A stretch of 64,000 nt of DNA, taken from the IMG/VR virus record IMGVR_UViG_2974799246_000001, positions 160,001-224,000 of that record. One strand, written 5' to 3'. Numbering within the stretch: position 1 is the first letter of the stretch; each line of letters begins with the position of its first letter. Shown one piece after another: positions 1 through 9,455 of the stretch. A model generated the notes under the pieces. The model saw only the letters and a program-made list of their open reading frames with translations. It was not told the DNA's origin and made no database searches. The position numbers and the translations under genes are program-made. Source of the stretch: a virus (lineage: Duplodnaviria > Caudoviricetes).

Positions 1-1
1 T

Positions 2-184
2 TACCAGAGTGAAGTTCTGAGCCTTAGTGAAAGGCATCTGCGCTTCAATCAAATAGCCGAGGACTTGTCGCAGGATAGTATCGAGCACATAAGGAGAAGC
101 AGAACGCATTTGCTGTGGACGATACTGACCACTATACGTGTTCTCCTTGAATGTGCGATCTACCTTGAAGTGCGTCAACGCCAT
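2..184 (-). CDS. Hypothetical protein, partial (runs off the window start; MALTHFKVDRTFKEN...)
   Basis: ATG at 184 overlaps the TAA of the upstream gene (TAATG); frame stays open to the window edge. Confidence 0.7.
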   Translation of the reverse strand, partial: MALTHFKVDRTFKENTYSGQYRPQQMRSASPYVLDTILRQVLGYLIEAQMPFTKAQNFTLV

Positions 185-1479
185 TACTTAACCGACTGCT
201 TGAGCAAACGTTTCTGCTGCGGGTTCAGGCCCATAACGTCTGCGATCTCATCGATCTTACGCAGCGTCAACACGCCTTTAGCAGTACCGCCAGAACCTGT
301 CAGGCTGACCTTAACGAACTCGCGTCCGTTACGACCGTTAACGATCTGGTGAATGATACTGTTCTTACCGCCGCGGCCAGCGCGAAGTGCGGTGCTCGCC
401 ATGCCCAGAATTTCGGTGATAGCTTCTTTCTTCTCGGTCGGGCTGAGGCCCTGCACCAGACGAACATACAGGCTATCATTCTGCACACGCACGTTGTCGA
501 AGATCTCTTTCTTACGACCACGAATATCGTGTTGAGCATTACCCAGCTGAGTTGTATCCCGCAGGTTCTGAGTAGAGCGGTTGATTGGCTTACGTTCGCT
601 GTAGTTCAGGAAGCCGTCAACAGCCATGAGCTGGTTGATAGTACGCTTCATTTCTGGAGCAGTAGCAATCAGACGACCCATAGGGAATGACCCAGGAACT
701 TTCTCGTCAACGAGTGACGTCAGGAAGTTCTCACTGATACCGCTTGCAACCGCGATCGTGGTAGACAGCACCAGAGCGTAGTTCGGATAATGCAGGCCTT
801 CTGAGTTCACGAAGTTATCAATGAACACATAGGTCTGGAAGCAGATAGGGTCAGTACCCGACGCGATGAAGGTACGTGTACGAATCTTCGAATAGTCTTC
901 TTTATTCAGAATCTTCGACAGGTAGTTAGCGATAGTCGCAGCCAGCTTGGTGTGTTCTTTCGGAGCGCCATTCTTAACGTCGATGCTCATCAGTTTGACC
1001 AGCTTCTGCTGTTGGTTCTTCGCTTGCTCGATGACGCTCAACAGGCTCTTGGCAGCGGCATTCTGATCTTTGAACGCGCTGAAAGTTTTGCTGCTGAGAA
1101 TCTGGTAGGCAACAGACAGTTCACCGATTGCCTGAGAGAGATTGCTCACCTGTTGGTTGTACTGTGCTTTAGAACGCACGTCAGTGATATCAATCTTCGT
1201 CAGGTCAATAACCTGGTTGAGGTCAATCGCTTTAGCCTGTTTGCCTTTGATTTTACCTTCGAGATCTGCCAGCTCAACAGCCTTAGGGCTAGCGCTGACA
1301 GACAGGAGTTTCTTCGGAATAGTGACTGAGGTGGCATTAGCGATTACTTTATCAAGTACATTACGGAATTCTTTCGCTGTGCGAGCACCACGCAGGGCAG
1401 CCATATTCCCAGAGTTATAGTCAACAGATGCGCTGATACTGCTAACTTCATTGTTTTTGGCAGTCTTAGCCATGATCAT
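184..1479 (-). CDS. Hypothetical, probable virion/head protein
   Basis: 431 aa ORF with phage-like codon usage; CTAATTT motif about 35-40 nt upstream; N-terminal S-I-S-A. Confidence 0.6.
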   Translation of the reverse strand: MIMAKTAKNNEVSSISASVDYNSGNMAALRGARTAKEFRNVLDKVIANATSVTIPKKLLSVSASPKAVELADLEGKIKGKQAKAIDLNQVIDLTKIDITDVRSKAQYNQQVSNLSQAIGELSVAYQILSSKTFSAFKDQNAAAKSLLSVIEQAKNQQQKLVKLMSIDVKNGAPKEHTKLAATIANYLSKILNKEDYSKIRTRTFIASGTDPICFQTYVFIDNFVNSEGLHYPNYALVLSTTIAVASGISENFLTSLVDEKVPGSFPMGRLIATAPEMKRTINQLMAVDGFLNYSERKPINRSTQNLRDTTQLGNAQHDIRGRKKEIFDNVRVQNDSLYVRLVQGLSPTEKKEAITEILGMASTALRAGRGGKNSIIHQIVNGRNGREFVKVSLTGSGGTAKGVLTLRKIDEIADVMGLNPQQKRLLKQSVK

Positions 1480-1511
1480 CCTCTACTGGGTCTATTATTC
1501 ATGTCGAGTAA

Positions 1512-1518
1512 AAATTAG
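1512..1518 (-). promoter_or_regulatory. CTAATTT putative late promoter motif
   Basis: One of 9 intergenic copies (1512, 2387, 9447, 10359, 16358, 18484, 26073 on -; 46690, 47056 on +). Confidence 0.65.
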
Positions 1519-1586
1519 CGACTAAGGTCAGTTTTACCCAACATAGTATACTCGAACACTTTACAAATTTTGGGTGCAGAAACGAC

Positions 1587-1620
1587 AAAAGGGGCAGCCG
1601 AAGCCACCCCTTTTGTTTTT
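1587..1620. terminator. Intrinsic terminator
   Basis: AAAAGGGGCAGCCGAAGCCACCCCTTTTGTTTTT hairpin flanked by A and T tracts, downstream of the H1-like gene. Confidence 0.75.
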
Positions 1621-1644
1621 GTAACGTCATACCGACCAGGTCGA

Positions 1645-2316
1645 TTAAACGACTACTTTACCTTTTGCTTTGGTCTTAGCGGCTTTCTTGCCACCAGCTT
1701 TTTGCGCTGCGGTACCTTTGTGCTTAACCTGTTTAGCGGTAGTTTCTTTACCACCTTTCAGACGCGGCAGAGGTTTCAGCTTAGGCTTGACCAGAGTTAC
1801 GGCTTTCGGTGCTACTTTCGGAGTCACCAGTTTGCCGTCTTTGATGCTTGGCTTACGTGCTTTGCGCGCGGCCAGACGGGCTTTCTGTTTCAGGATCAGG
1901 TTTTTGTAACCAGCTTTCTGTTTAGCAGCCAGGTTGCTCTTAGCAACAGCCTGACGTTTCAGCAGGAGCTTACGCACTTTACCCTGGGAAACAGCGGTCG
2001 CTTTCAGGCCAGCCTGGTATTTAGCCAGACGTTCCTTCAGGCGCTGCTCGATGGATTTCGCTTTGCCTTTCTTAGCCTGCTTACGCAGGTGAGTTGCACG
2101 TTCGTTGTCGTACTTCTTCTCGGAAGCGGTACGCTTAGGTGCAGCTTTCTTAGGCTTAGCAGCCTTAGGCGCAGCGGTTTTCTTCGCAGCTTTCGGCTTA
2201 GCAGCCTTAGGAGCAGCGGCTTTCTTAGCAGCAGGTTTTTTACCAGCGGCTTTCTTAGCCTTGGAGCCGCCTTTAACCGGGTCGGTCGGGGAAGTGGTTT
2301 TGCGTTTTACGGCCAT
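1645..2316 (-). CDS. Histone H1-like Lys/Ala/Pro-rich basic DNA-binding protein
   Basis: KKPAAKK/APKAAKPK repeats, extremely basic; CTAATTT upstream. Confidence 0.7.
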   Translation of the reverse strand: MAVKRKTTSPTDPVKGGSKAKKAAGKKPAAKKAAAPKAAKPKAAKKTAAPKAAKPKKAAPKRTASEKKYDNERATHLRKQAKKGKAKSIEQRLKERLAKYQAGLKATAVSQGKVRKLLLKRQAVAKSNLAAKQKAGYKNLILKQKARLAARKARKPSIKDGKLVTPKVAPKAVTLVKPKLKPLPRLKGGKETTAKQVKHKGTAAQKAGGKKAAKTKAKGKVVV

Positions 2317-2436
2317 GATTATATCCTCAAGTTACAATTGAACTTTCGTCCTTCGGGACATTAAAGTTTTTGAAATCAGCATGTAAAAATTAGTATAATC
2401 TCTCCAGGATTCCTGAGGAAATTTCCTAAAAACTTT

Positions 2437-3510
2437 TTACATAGCAGTATACCCTATTTCAGATAACACCGCGTTAAGTTCCTTGCGAGCACTAACCCGC
2501 AAAGACTTTTTAATTCCAGAAGCCTTCAGGTATTCCTTTAGGCCATCACGTGGGTCAATATCCGCAAGCGCCAGCTCGCTAACATCAACTGTATCTATAT
2601 TATCGAGATCGACACGTTTATTCGTGGAATTTATTTGGGAAATATTTGGAACGCGAGTACGAATATCTGCTGGGATTGACACCGTATCTTTGACGACAAC
2701 ACGATATCGAATCGCAGGGTTTACCTCAAGGCGTGACCAATCCTTTTGGTTTTCAATCACAACTGTTTCGAGTCTAAAGCCTGGCTTACTATCGACAAAC
2801 TTACGCTTAACCACCAGCTCTTTGTTCTTGTACTGCGCACGGATATGAATGAATCCTTTCGGTAATGCTTCTCCAAACGTTTTCTGATACGGCGAACCAC
2901 AATACTCGAAGCGTTTCTTCTCCAGCACCTGAGCCAAGTGGATGTGCCCACTGATTGTGTAATCGCGTGGGTCTACTTTGATATCGTGTTTCGTCTTGAG
3001 TGGACGACCGTTATCGCCAAGAGCGCCAACAGCTTCAACGTGGCAGAAGTTAAGGCATGGCTTCTTGTGCTTGATACTTTCTCTTGCAGGGTGAGCCAAG
3101 AAGTTAACCACGATACCGTCAATCTCTACCTGCTCTGGACGAAGATATATGTGCAGAGACTTGAGGAAGTCCCATTCACAAAACGTTTTGATAAGGTCCA
3201 CACTGGTGCTCGTCATATCCGCCCAGTCATGGTTGCCACCACAATACCACGTATCAATGATGCCGTCATACTTCAAGAAGAACTGGAGCAGCTTACGCTT
3301 CGTATCATCGTCCATCTTGAACTTGTCAGTGATATCACCAGGAACAAAGATGTGTTTGATGCCGTGCTCCAGTGCGTACTGATAGATACGGTCGATCGTT
3401 TCAAGCTGACGGTCAATGTGATCAACAGGGAAGTGACTCGACAGGCCTTCTAAGTGCCAGTCAGAAGTTACAAGCGCTTCAAGGAAAGCCGCTACTTTGT
3501 TCTTTTTCAT
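2437..3510 (-). CDS. sbcD: Mre11/SbcD-like metallophosphoesterase nuclease
   Basis: SDWH, PGD, GNHD, GHIH and YCGSP motifs; Rad50-like partner at 12081-14414. Confidence 0.9.
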   Translation of the reverse strand: MKKNKVAAFLEALVTSDWHLEGLSSHFPVDHIDRQLETIDRIYQYALEHGIKHIFVPGDITDKFKMDDDTKRKLLQFFLKYDGIIDTWYCGGNHDWADMTSTSVDLIKTFCEWDFLKSLHIYLRPEQVEIDGIVVNFLAHPARESIKHKKPCLNFCHVEAVGALGDNGRPLKTKHDIKVDPRDYTISGHIHLAQVLEKKRFEYCGSPYQKTFGEALPKGFIHIRAQYKNKELVVKRKFVDSKPGFRLETVVIENQKDWSRLEVNPAIRYRVVVKDTVSIPADIRTRVPNISQINSTNKRVDLDNIDTVDVSELALADIDPRDGLKEYLKASGIKKSLRVSARKELNAVLSEIGYTAM

Positions 3511-3538
3511 TGGTGTAATCCACAGGTTTCAATGTCGT

Positions 3539-4054
3539 CTATTTACAGAATCGGCTCTGGAATTTCTGCCAATCTTTCCACCAGTACTCTACGCGCCTTC
3601 CGTTTCGAAGCGCATAGTCGATGCAGTTCTGTGTGCCAGACGGTGCACCACAACATAGAGCGATCAGACGGTCTGTGTTGTCTACCATGAAATGGTTCCG
3701 CTTGTTTAGCGCAAACACCTCTTGCCCATCCATATGTACCCAGTCCTCTTTGGACGTCACGATATGAACTTCGTGGCTTTTATTCAACAGACCGTCAAGC
3801 TCAAACACACTAGACATATTCCAGCGGTTATTAAATCCGATATAAGGGATACATGACACAACACGGTGTCCTTGCTCGATAGCAGCAGTGGCGATTGCCA
3901 TGTCAAAGCCGAGAGCGCAACCAACCCAAATTTCAGTGTCGTTCTCGATACGCAGCAATCTTCTATGAGCAAAAGTATAGAGGCGGCGTTTTGCCTCAGG
4001 GCCGAAGCCACCCAGATACTGTGGGCGATGACCGGTGAAGGATAGTTTTTCCAT
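3539..4054 (-). CDS. YspA/DUF1273-like SLOG family protein
   Basis: SFTGHRP, GCALGFD, RNHFMVD and SGTQNC..YA motifs. Confidence 0.8.
   Translation of the reverse strand: MEKLSFTGHRPQYLGGFGPEAKRRLYTFAHRRLLRIENDTEIWVGCALGFDMAIATAAIEQGHRVVSCIPYIGFNNRWNMSSVFELDGLLNKSHEVHIVTSKEDWVHMDGQEVFALNKRNHFMVDNTDRLIALCCGAPSGTQNCIDYALRNGRRVEYWWKDWQKFQSRFCK
3540..3548 (-). promoter_or_regulatory. CTGTAAAYA putative middle promoter motif
   Basis: One of 12 copies upstream of genes in sense orientation (3540, 4061, 14880, 17749, 18090, 23912, 31604 on -; 27070, 38501, 39582, 44740, 51566 on +). Confidence 0.75.
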
Positions 4055-4072
4055 GCTCTGTATTTACAGAAC

Positions 4073-4963
4073 TTACATGTCAATATCAAACGATTTTATG
4101 CTGATACCGACGTCGATTGGATATCGTTTCCCTGGAGTACAGGCTGCACCTGCATTAACTGAAAAGTCAGCACTGGTTAGCGTCAGCACTCTGTCACCAG
4201 CAATGAAAGCCATGAGATTGGGTTTCACTTGTTCCGTGTTAGGGTAAGGAGTCAGGCCACCCCTGCCTAAGTACAGTTTAGGGCGTGTGCCTTTGAGATC
4301 AGGAGGATCTGTTAGGCCACCAGATCTACTGAATGAACGTACAGTCAGAATGAATGGTTTGGTCATGTATGTAGGAGTGTCTTTGTACTCCATACGACAA
4401 TCCCACGTAGTGGCAATCGATCCTATTGCGGCATTGGTTGAACCGAAGTTCATCTCCGCTCCGAATGCAACGGCACTCTGCATAGTGAGACTACACAATG
4501 TAGCATCGTATCGAGGACGACAGTTCATATTGTTGTTAGCGATCTGGCTACGCACGTACATACCAAGATAGCCGTCACCTCCATTATATCCTTGAATGAA
4601 TCTAGGTGTCCATTCAGGGATTATCCACGACATACGATTGTTTTCTTCGCCTACTGAGTAATCCGTGTATGAGACAGGAGTACCCGATTTAGCCAACAGC
4701 AAATCATTGAATGTGTAGGGCAGATCAGGAGCAGAGAACTTCAAGTTCGTGTAGTACCTGATATAAGTTTCGTTGCCTGCAACAATCGTTGTATTGCCGT
4801 CACTGTCTAAGCAGCATCGCGCCTTTGATACGTTCGCTATCAAATCAGAAACAGAATTGAACGACGAAGGTACGCCAGAGTCTAACACGGTATCAAACAG
4901 AAATATCTCAGGAAGGTTTTGCGCTTCACTGAAATCAAAGTTGTTTCCATTAACGTATTGCAT
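4073..4963 (-). CDS. Putative virion protein, MQY paralog family copy 1
   Basis: Start reassigned to ATG 4963 (AGGAG RBS); terminal motifs shared with 5379-6206 and 9456-10313. Confidence 0.6.
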   Translation of the reverse strand: MQYVNGNNFDFSEAQNLPEIFLFDTVLDSGVPSSFNSVSDLIANVSKARCCLDSDGNTTIVAGNETYIRYYTNLKFSAPDLPYTFNDLLLAKSGTPVSYTDYSVGEENNRMSWIIPEWTPRFIQGYNGGDGYLGMYVRSQIANNNMNCRPRYDATLCSLTMQSAVAFGAEMNFGSTNAAIGSIATTWDCRMEYKDTPTYMTKPFILTVRSFSRSGGLTDPPDLKGTRPKLYLGRGGLTPYPNTEQVKPNLMAFIAGDRVLTLTSADFSVNAGAACTPGKRYPIDVGISIKSFDIDM

Positions 4964-5003
4964 GTGAGTCCTCCTTGAGACACGTCCTTGTGTCACATAG
5001 CGA

Positions 5004-5369
5004 TTATGCCACTACTTCAAGGTCATGATCACCAGAGTTCCACACAAGCTCACGAATGTTGCGTGGCATGATGATGCAACCAGACGATGCAGTCCCCGGT
5101 GCTTTGATACTATCACCGTGCATCTGGAACGCAGAGCGGCCGAACATCACGTTCTCTTTTGCTGGAGTCAAATCCATAGCATACGGACCAGTCTTCTGAC
5201 TTTGGCGTGGAGCATTCAGTGTGTAATGCCCTACAGGCAGAGGTCCCATACCCACGATGTTCTGACTATCGTGTTTGTTCTTGTGCTCGCCTTTACCGGC
5301 ATAGCCGGTAGCGACAAGTTTATTAGCCGAGTTATACAGACGGCCTGTTGTTTGCTCATACTTCCACAT
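5004..5369 (-). CDS. Tlde1/DUF2778-like L,D-transpeptidase-fold peptidoglycan enzyme
   Basis: GYAG, GPLPxGxY and RSAFQMHGD...SSGCI (His...Cys catalytic pattern). Confidence 0.75.
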   Translation of the reverse strand: MWKYEQTTGRLYNSANKLVATGYAGKGEHKNKHDSQNIVGMGPLPVGHYTLNAPRQSQKTGPYAMDLTPAKENVMFGRSAFQMHGDSIKAPGTASSGCIIMPRNIRELVWNSGDHDLEVVA

Positions 5370-5378
5370 ATACGCTCC

Positions 5379-6206
5379 TTATAGCTCTGTGTGGTTTTTA
5401 GGGAAATCAATGTACGGGCGTGTGCCCGGTTCAAGATTCGCATCAGTTATAAAATCTACACCTGCGGTCAATCGCATAAAGACATTATCTGCCATGGCCA
5501 TTATTGCATGACTCAGATTGATGGCCTCATCCACTTGCGTGAGGTTCTCACCGAGTGCAGTGTAAGGAGTAGGTCCAGAGTTTTGATACGGACGGTTTGT
5601 ACCATTGGACGACTCGCTGGATATCTGTGTCATGCAGTCGATGAATCGCACGTCAGGAGTGATGCCAGCAAATGCAGGACTGATTGTATTGTATCTGGAC
5701 ACGTATGTAGTAGACCACGACTTGCCTGTAAGTGTCTGACCGTCAGACAGCAGATAACTGACATAGATGGATCGTCCCATGGAGGTTTCTACCTGCCATG
5801 AAGGATAGTTAAGAGTCTCAACGTCACCAGGATTTAAAACAGATACTCGGTCTTGAGGCTGATTGGTCCAATATCGAGTAGGCCCTTGTCTATAGTCTTC
5901 TCCTCCATTAGATGTATGATGGTGGATGGTACCAACATTGCGCGAAGCCGTTGTGATAGTTGGGGCATCAGCGTAAGCACCAGTACCGTTCTTGGCGTAC
6001 TTCAAAAATGTGAGGAAGTAGTTTTCGCCTAAACGGCCTCGGACAGGATTGAGTTGATTGGCTGTACCTAAGACCGTACGCGCTTGACGCAACGTATCGT
6101 CGATGGTGTCTAAGGTAAATTCAGGAAGGTCGTCTTGGTCATCAAAGAACAGGACGGCTGGATGCACCGCTTCGTTTAGAGGTGCGAAACTGGATAAATA
6201 TTGCAT
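5379..6206 (-). CDS. Putative virion protein, MQY paralog family copy 2
   Basis: MQY start, AR.VL..LNPVRGR...LKY and C-terminal DF...PGTRP. Confidence 0.6.
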   Translation of the reverse strand: MQYLSSFAPLNEAVHPAVLFFDDQDDLPEFTLDTIDDTLRQARTVLGTANQLNPVRGRLGENYFLTFLKYAKNGTGAYADAPTITTASRNVGTIHHHTSNGGEDYRQGPTRYWTNQPQDRVSVLNPGDVETLNYPSWQVETSMGRSIYVSYLLSDGQTLTGKSWSTTYVSRYNTISPAFAGITPDVRFIDCMTQISSESSNGTNRPYQNSGPTPYTALGENLTQVDEAINLSHAIMAMADNVFMRLTAGVDFITDANLEPGTRPYIDFPKNHTEL

Positions 6207-6287
6207 GTTATATACCTTGGTTTTTTATTGATGTACCACGGCATAGCACAAAAGGGCCTACACCTTTCGATGCAAGCCCTTTGGGTG

Positions 6288-6425
6288 TCAGACTATGACT
6301 GTCTTGATCACATTACGGTTCTTCTTTGGGTCGAACCATACTTCTTCAATAATCTTGCCCATGCCGAAGTTGATCATCTGCACCGTGCGTCGTGAAACGA
6401 GTTGCAGACGTTTTGACTGGAACAT
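6288..6425 (-). CDS. Small 45 aa hypothetical protein (MFQSKRLQLVSRRTVQ...), absent from the ORF track
   Basis: AAGGAG RBS; follows the previous stop; terminator-like hairpin downstream (about 6250-6282). Confidence 0.55.
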   Translation of the reverse strand: MFQSKRLQLVSRRTVQMINFGMGKIIEEVWFDPKKNRNVIKTVIV

Positions 6426-6427
6426 GA

Positions 6428-6937
6428 TTACTCCTTAATCATTTTGACACGCGTGTGGTCGAAGATACCAAACGTAGGCACATCATTGTGCTCACCTTCG
6501 TTACCTTTGATTGAGTCGTACCCAGCAAGTTTGAGTATCTTGCTAATCTCGGTGTACTCATCCCACCACATGTAGACTCGCTTATACTGAGATGCAGGTA
6601 TAAGTTTGTTTAGCGCGTCTAACCTTTTAACGAGAGTCATAGCTTCATCTTTGCCCACCATATGTAACTGGAAGGCTTCCATGATAAGCTGTTTCACTCG
6701 TCTATGAATCTCAGCGAACTTTACTTCCGTCCACAGAGAACGGAACTTCAGGCTGGCGTATCGGCCTGGGTCCGCATGAAATTTGTAGAGGCGCCCACCT
6801 TCCGCATACTTATCGGCATACGCACGATCAGGAGTTACCCAAGTCATGTGTTGCTTTTTAGCATGTTCATCTGACCAGTCTTCTGCAAGACCGCGATAGT
6901 AGATTGTGGGCGCACTCAGGCTGACGAAGACCTGCAA
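6428..6937 (-). CDS. Putative ADP-ribosyltransferase-fold (ART-PolyVal-like) protein with SLS leader
   Basis: YYRG strand, WVTPDRAYADKYA and GYDSI...FGIFD...VK pattern; N-terminus MQVFVSLS. Confidence 0.5.
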   Translation of the reverse strand: MQVFVSLSAPTIYYRGLAEDWSDEHAKKQHMTWVTPDRAYADKYAEGGRLYKFHADPGRYASLKFRSLWTEVKFAEIHRRVKQLIMEAFQLHMVGKDEAMTLVKRLDALNKLIPASQYKRVYMWWDEYTEISKILKLAGYDSIKGNEGEHNDVPTFGIFDHTRVKMIKE

Positions 6938-7894
6938 TTACTTGTCCAGACGCTCGAACTTAACGCCATCGTCACTCTGGGTAAAGCGAATGACGCCAGG
7001 GATTTCGAAGCCATCGCGGTTCTTCTGCACAGGAATCTTTTTGTCTTCCAGGTGCATACGCAGTTCGGTCATGACGATGTTGTTCTTACCGATTGCTTTG
7101 CCTTTCAGGCCTTTCGCGTTGTAAGTCACATCACCAGATTTCGTCTTCGTATTGAACTTGATGCCGACAGTATCGAGCAGGTCAGGCAGCGCTTTATGGA
7201 CTTTAGCAGACAGTTCGCCTGGGTCCATCTTCGCAGCTTTGGCGCGGGCTGGTGACTTAGCGCCCGCCACAACGCCTTTACGTGCTTTGTTAGGAGCAGC
7301 TTTCTGCGTTTTCTTAACAGCAGCGCGAGGTCCCATGCCAGGTTTAGCCGTAGACTTCTTCTGACCGATAGCGTCGAAAGCAGCTTCTTTCAAGAACTTC
7401 GGTTTGAAGGTACCACGCTTACCTGTAACGCCGAACTCAGTCAATTTGGTAGAGCGGATTGCTTTCAGTGCCTTGTCAGCACCTACACCAGTTTTGATAT
7501 CAGCAGCAGACAGAGGTAGATTCAGACCACCCAGACCGTGAGCTTTAGCAACCTTGTTCGCTTCCCGCAGAGCAGCCTTAGCCGTTTTGATTTCGGCAGT
7601 AGCTTTCGCCTTCTCAGTTTTACGAGTGGCCATCAGCTTGGTGCGCTTATCACCACGAGGCAGTTGGCGAGCCTTTGTCGCAGCAGTGTTGGACTTGATT
7701 GAGGCAGTAATGCCGGCAACAGCAGCAGTCTTAGCTTTTTTCAAATGACCAACAACAGCCTGTAATTCTGCTTTCTTGGCAGAGTTGACAAGCAGCGTAG
7801 TAACGCCACCGAACTTATGCACACGGTATGCAGGTTTCTTTGCAGCGGATTCTGACACCAGAGAGTCAGCAATATTGATACGAATGAGAGCCAT
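6938..7894 (-). CDS. Lys/Ala-rich basic protein, probable internal head protein
   Basis: Start reassigned to ATG 7894 (AAGGA RBS; MALIRINIADSLVSESA). Confidence 0.6.
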   Translation of the reverse strand: MALIRINIADSLVSESAAKKPAYRVHKFGGVTTLLVNSAKKAELQAVVGHLKKAKTAAVAGITASIKSNTAATKARQLPRGDKRTKLMATRKTEKAKATAEIKTAKAALREANKVAKAHGLGGLNLPLSAADIKTGVGADKALKAIRSTKLTEFGVTGKRGTFKPKFLKEAAFDAIGQKKSTAKPGMGPRAAVKKTQKAAPNKARKGVVAGAKSPARAKAAKMDPGELSAKVHKALPDLLDTVGIKFNTKTKSGDVTYNAKGLKGKAIGKNNIVMTELRMHLEDKKIPVQKNRDGFEIPGVIRFTQSDDGVKFERLDK

Positions 7895-7904
7895 TTTGTT
7901 TTCC

Positions 7905-8510
7905 TTATACCAGCGCACGGCCGGGAAGATCGAAGTTTTTACCAGCGGAGTAATCACCCAGCGCTTGGTAGAGAGAGTTACGCAACATCTGTTCGATGAT
8001 ATCGGAGTTATGAGCCGATGCGTCTTTGAATGCGACTTCAATCGAATCAGTTCTCGGATTTACGACAGCGTAACGCAGCGGGCAGATCGTTTGTGCTTCA
8101 CACCAGGCATCAATACGCGGCTGTAAGTCAGGCGTGATTGGGATCTGGAAGTCGGCTAGCGTAAACACTACGCTTTGAATAGGCGGTGGTGCAGACAGCG
8201 AATTGTATTTACCTTTCGTGTCGAGTCGCTCCATGGCCATAGAGGCATCATAGACAGACTGATAACCTTCGCCAACGGTTTTGATATCAGCCATCTTGAA
8301 GCTATGCGTTGACAAGCCTTTGCGAATCAGCTTGGCGATCTTGAGATCGTAATCACCAGAATCGTCAGTAGCAAAGGCAACGAACGCGTAGAAGGAGATC
8401 CCATCAGTTTCGCGCAGCAGACGATGGTCCAACACACGAAAGCCCACGACACTCGAAAGTGCCTGGGCTGTTACCTGAGGCCCCTTAGATAAGGAGACGA
8501 AGATTTGCAT
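7905..8510 (-). CDS. Hypothetical protein with SLS leader (MQIFVSLS)
   Basis: Coupled to the upstream gene by a TAATG overlap. Confidence 0.65.
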   Translation of the reverse strand: MQIFVSLSKGPQVTAQALSSVVGFRVLDHRLLRETDGISFYAFVAFATDDSGDYDLKIAKLIRKGLSTHSFKMADIKTVGEGYQSVYDASMAMERLDTKGKYNSLSAPPPIQSVVFTLADFQIPITPDLQPRIDAWCEAQTICPLRYAVVNPRTDSIEVAFKDASAHNSDIIEQMLRNSLYQALGDYSAGKNFDLPGRALV

Positions 8511-8848
8511 TAACGCAGAGTCTTCAACGCCTGTTTAGCTTTCGCCAAATCAGTGAAGTATTTGGCATCGTCATCGAACTCTGGTTCCATGCGAATCTCG
8601 ATGCCAGATACGTTGAAGCCAATATCTTCATCTTCATCTTTGGTGACCATGCCGAAACGAGCTACGCCTTCTTTGTAGCTAATGAAACGGAAGTCGATGA
8701 TATCTTCCGGACCGCTCAGGTCAGAAGGCATACCATCGTCCAGCAGATCGAAGAACTCTTTCTTCGTCAGCTTAGTGAACACGCTTGCCATAGCGTTGGC
8801 AGAAGTAGACGCTACAGATTCGTCCAGATTCAGTTTGATAAGAGTCAT
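8510..8848 (-). CDS. Hypothetical acidic protein with long-type leader (MTLIKLNLDESVASTSA)
   Basis: Operonic ORF downstream of the endolysin. Confidence 0.65.
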   Translation of the reverse strand: MTLIKLNLDESVASTSANAMASVFTKLTKKEFFDLLDDGMPSDLSGPEDIIDFRFISYKEGVARFGMVTKDEDEDIGFNVSGIEIRMEPEFDDDAKYFTDLAKAKQALKTLR

Positions 8849-8850
8849 AG

Positions 8851-9420
8851 TTAAATTCCAACCTGTTTAGTGATTGTGATAACACGCTGGTACCAACCAT
8901 AAATGTTATCTTCCTGGGTTTCATCTGCCTTAGCGATGTTCTTCAACTTCGCAATACGACAGCCGTTGTAGGCATAAGCCAATACTTTGATATCGCGTAC
9001 CTTGACATAGGCGTCGAGTGCAGCGATAGTCTTAGGTCCGATATTTGCAGCAGGGGCAAAATCTGGGTAGAGTTTACCGCGCTGGTTCAGGATATTCAAC
9101 TGGTCTTGCAGTTCAGCAATCGCAGCCGGTGGTCCTGAGTTAACTGCATAGTCAAATACCCACAACGCCAGTTCTTGGCTGTACTTAGCAAGCTGATCGC
9201 ATTTGCAGAAGTCCCAGAAATTAGCGCTGTAGATAGCGTATGCGATTTCGTACGGCAGATTTTGCATATCGCCTTTATAGCCATATGCACGAGCATTCTT
9301 CTCCGTGACACCCCAACGTGTAGGGCCACCACGATCCGCCGCGCGATTTGTATACTTCTCACCACCTTCTCGGTCAATGACCTCGGCAATGGCTTTCTTA
9401 CGAAACGTCAGAGCGTCCAT
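8851..9420 (-). CDS. Endolysin, glycoside hydrolase family 108 with C-terminal PG-binding domain
   Basis: REGG..Y.N...DRGGPT.WGVT, FDYAVNSG, IGPKT and YGW.QR motifs. Confidence 0.9.
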   Translation of the reverse strand: MDALTFRKKAIAEVIDREGGEKYTNRAADRGGPTRWGVTEKNARAYGYKGDMQNLPYEIAYAIYSANFWDFCKCDQLAKYSQELALWVFDYAVNSGPPAAIAELQDQLNILNQRGKLYPDFAPAANIGPKTIAALDAYVKVRDIKVLAYAYNGCRIAKLKNIAKADETQEDNIYGWYQRVITITKQVGI

Positions 9421-9455
9421 AATGAGTCCTCTTATTCGACGTATCGAAATTAGCG

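Noticed and set aside
1570-2364. Long + strand ORF (264 aa) and many other antisense ORFs in the track
   Set aside because: These are shadows of real opposite-strand genes with biased codon usage, lacking an RBS or protein-like motifs
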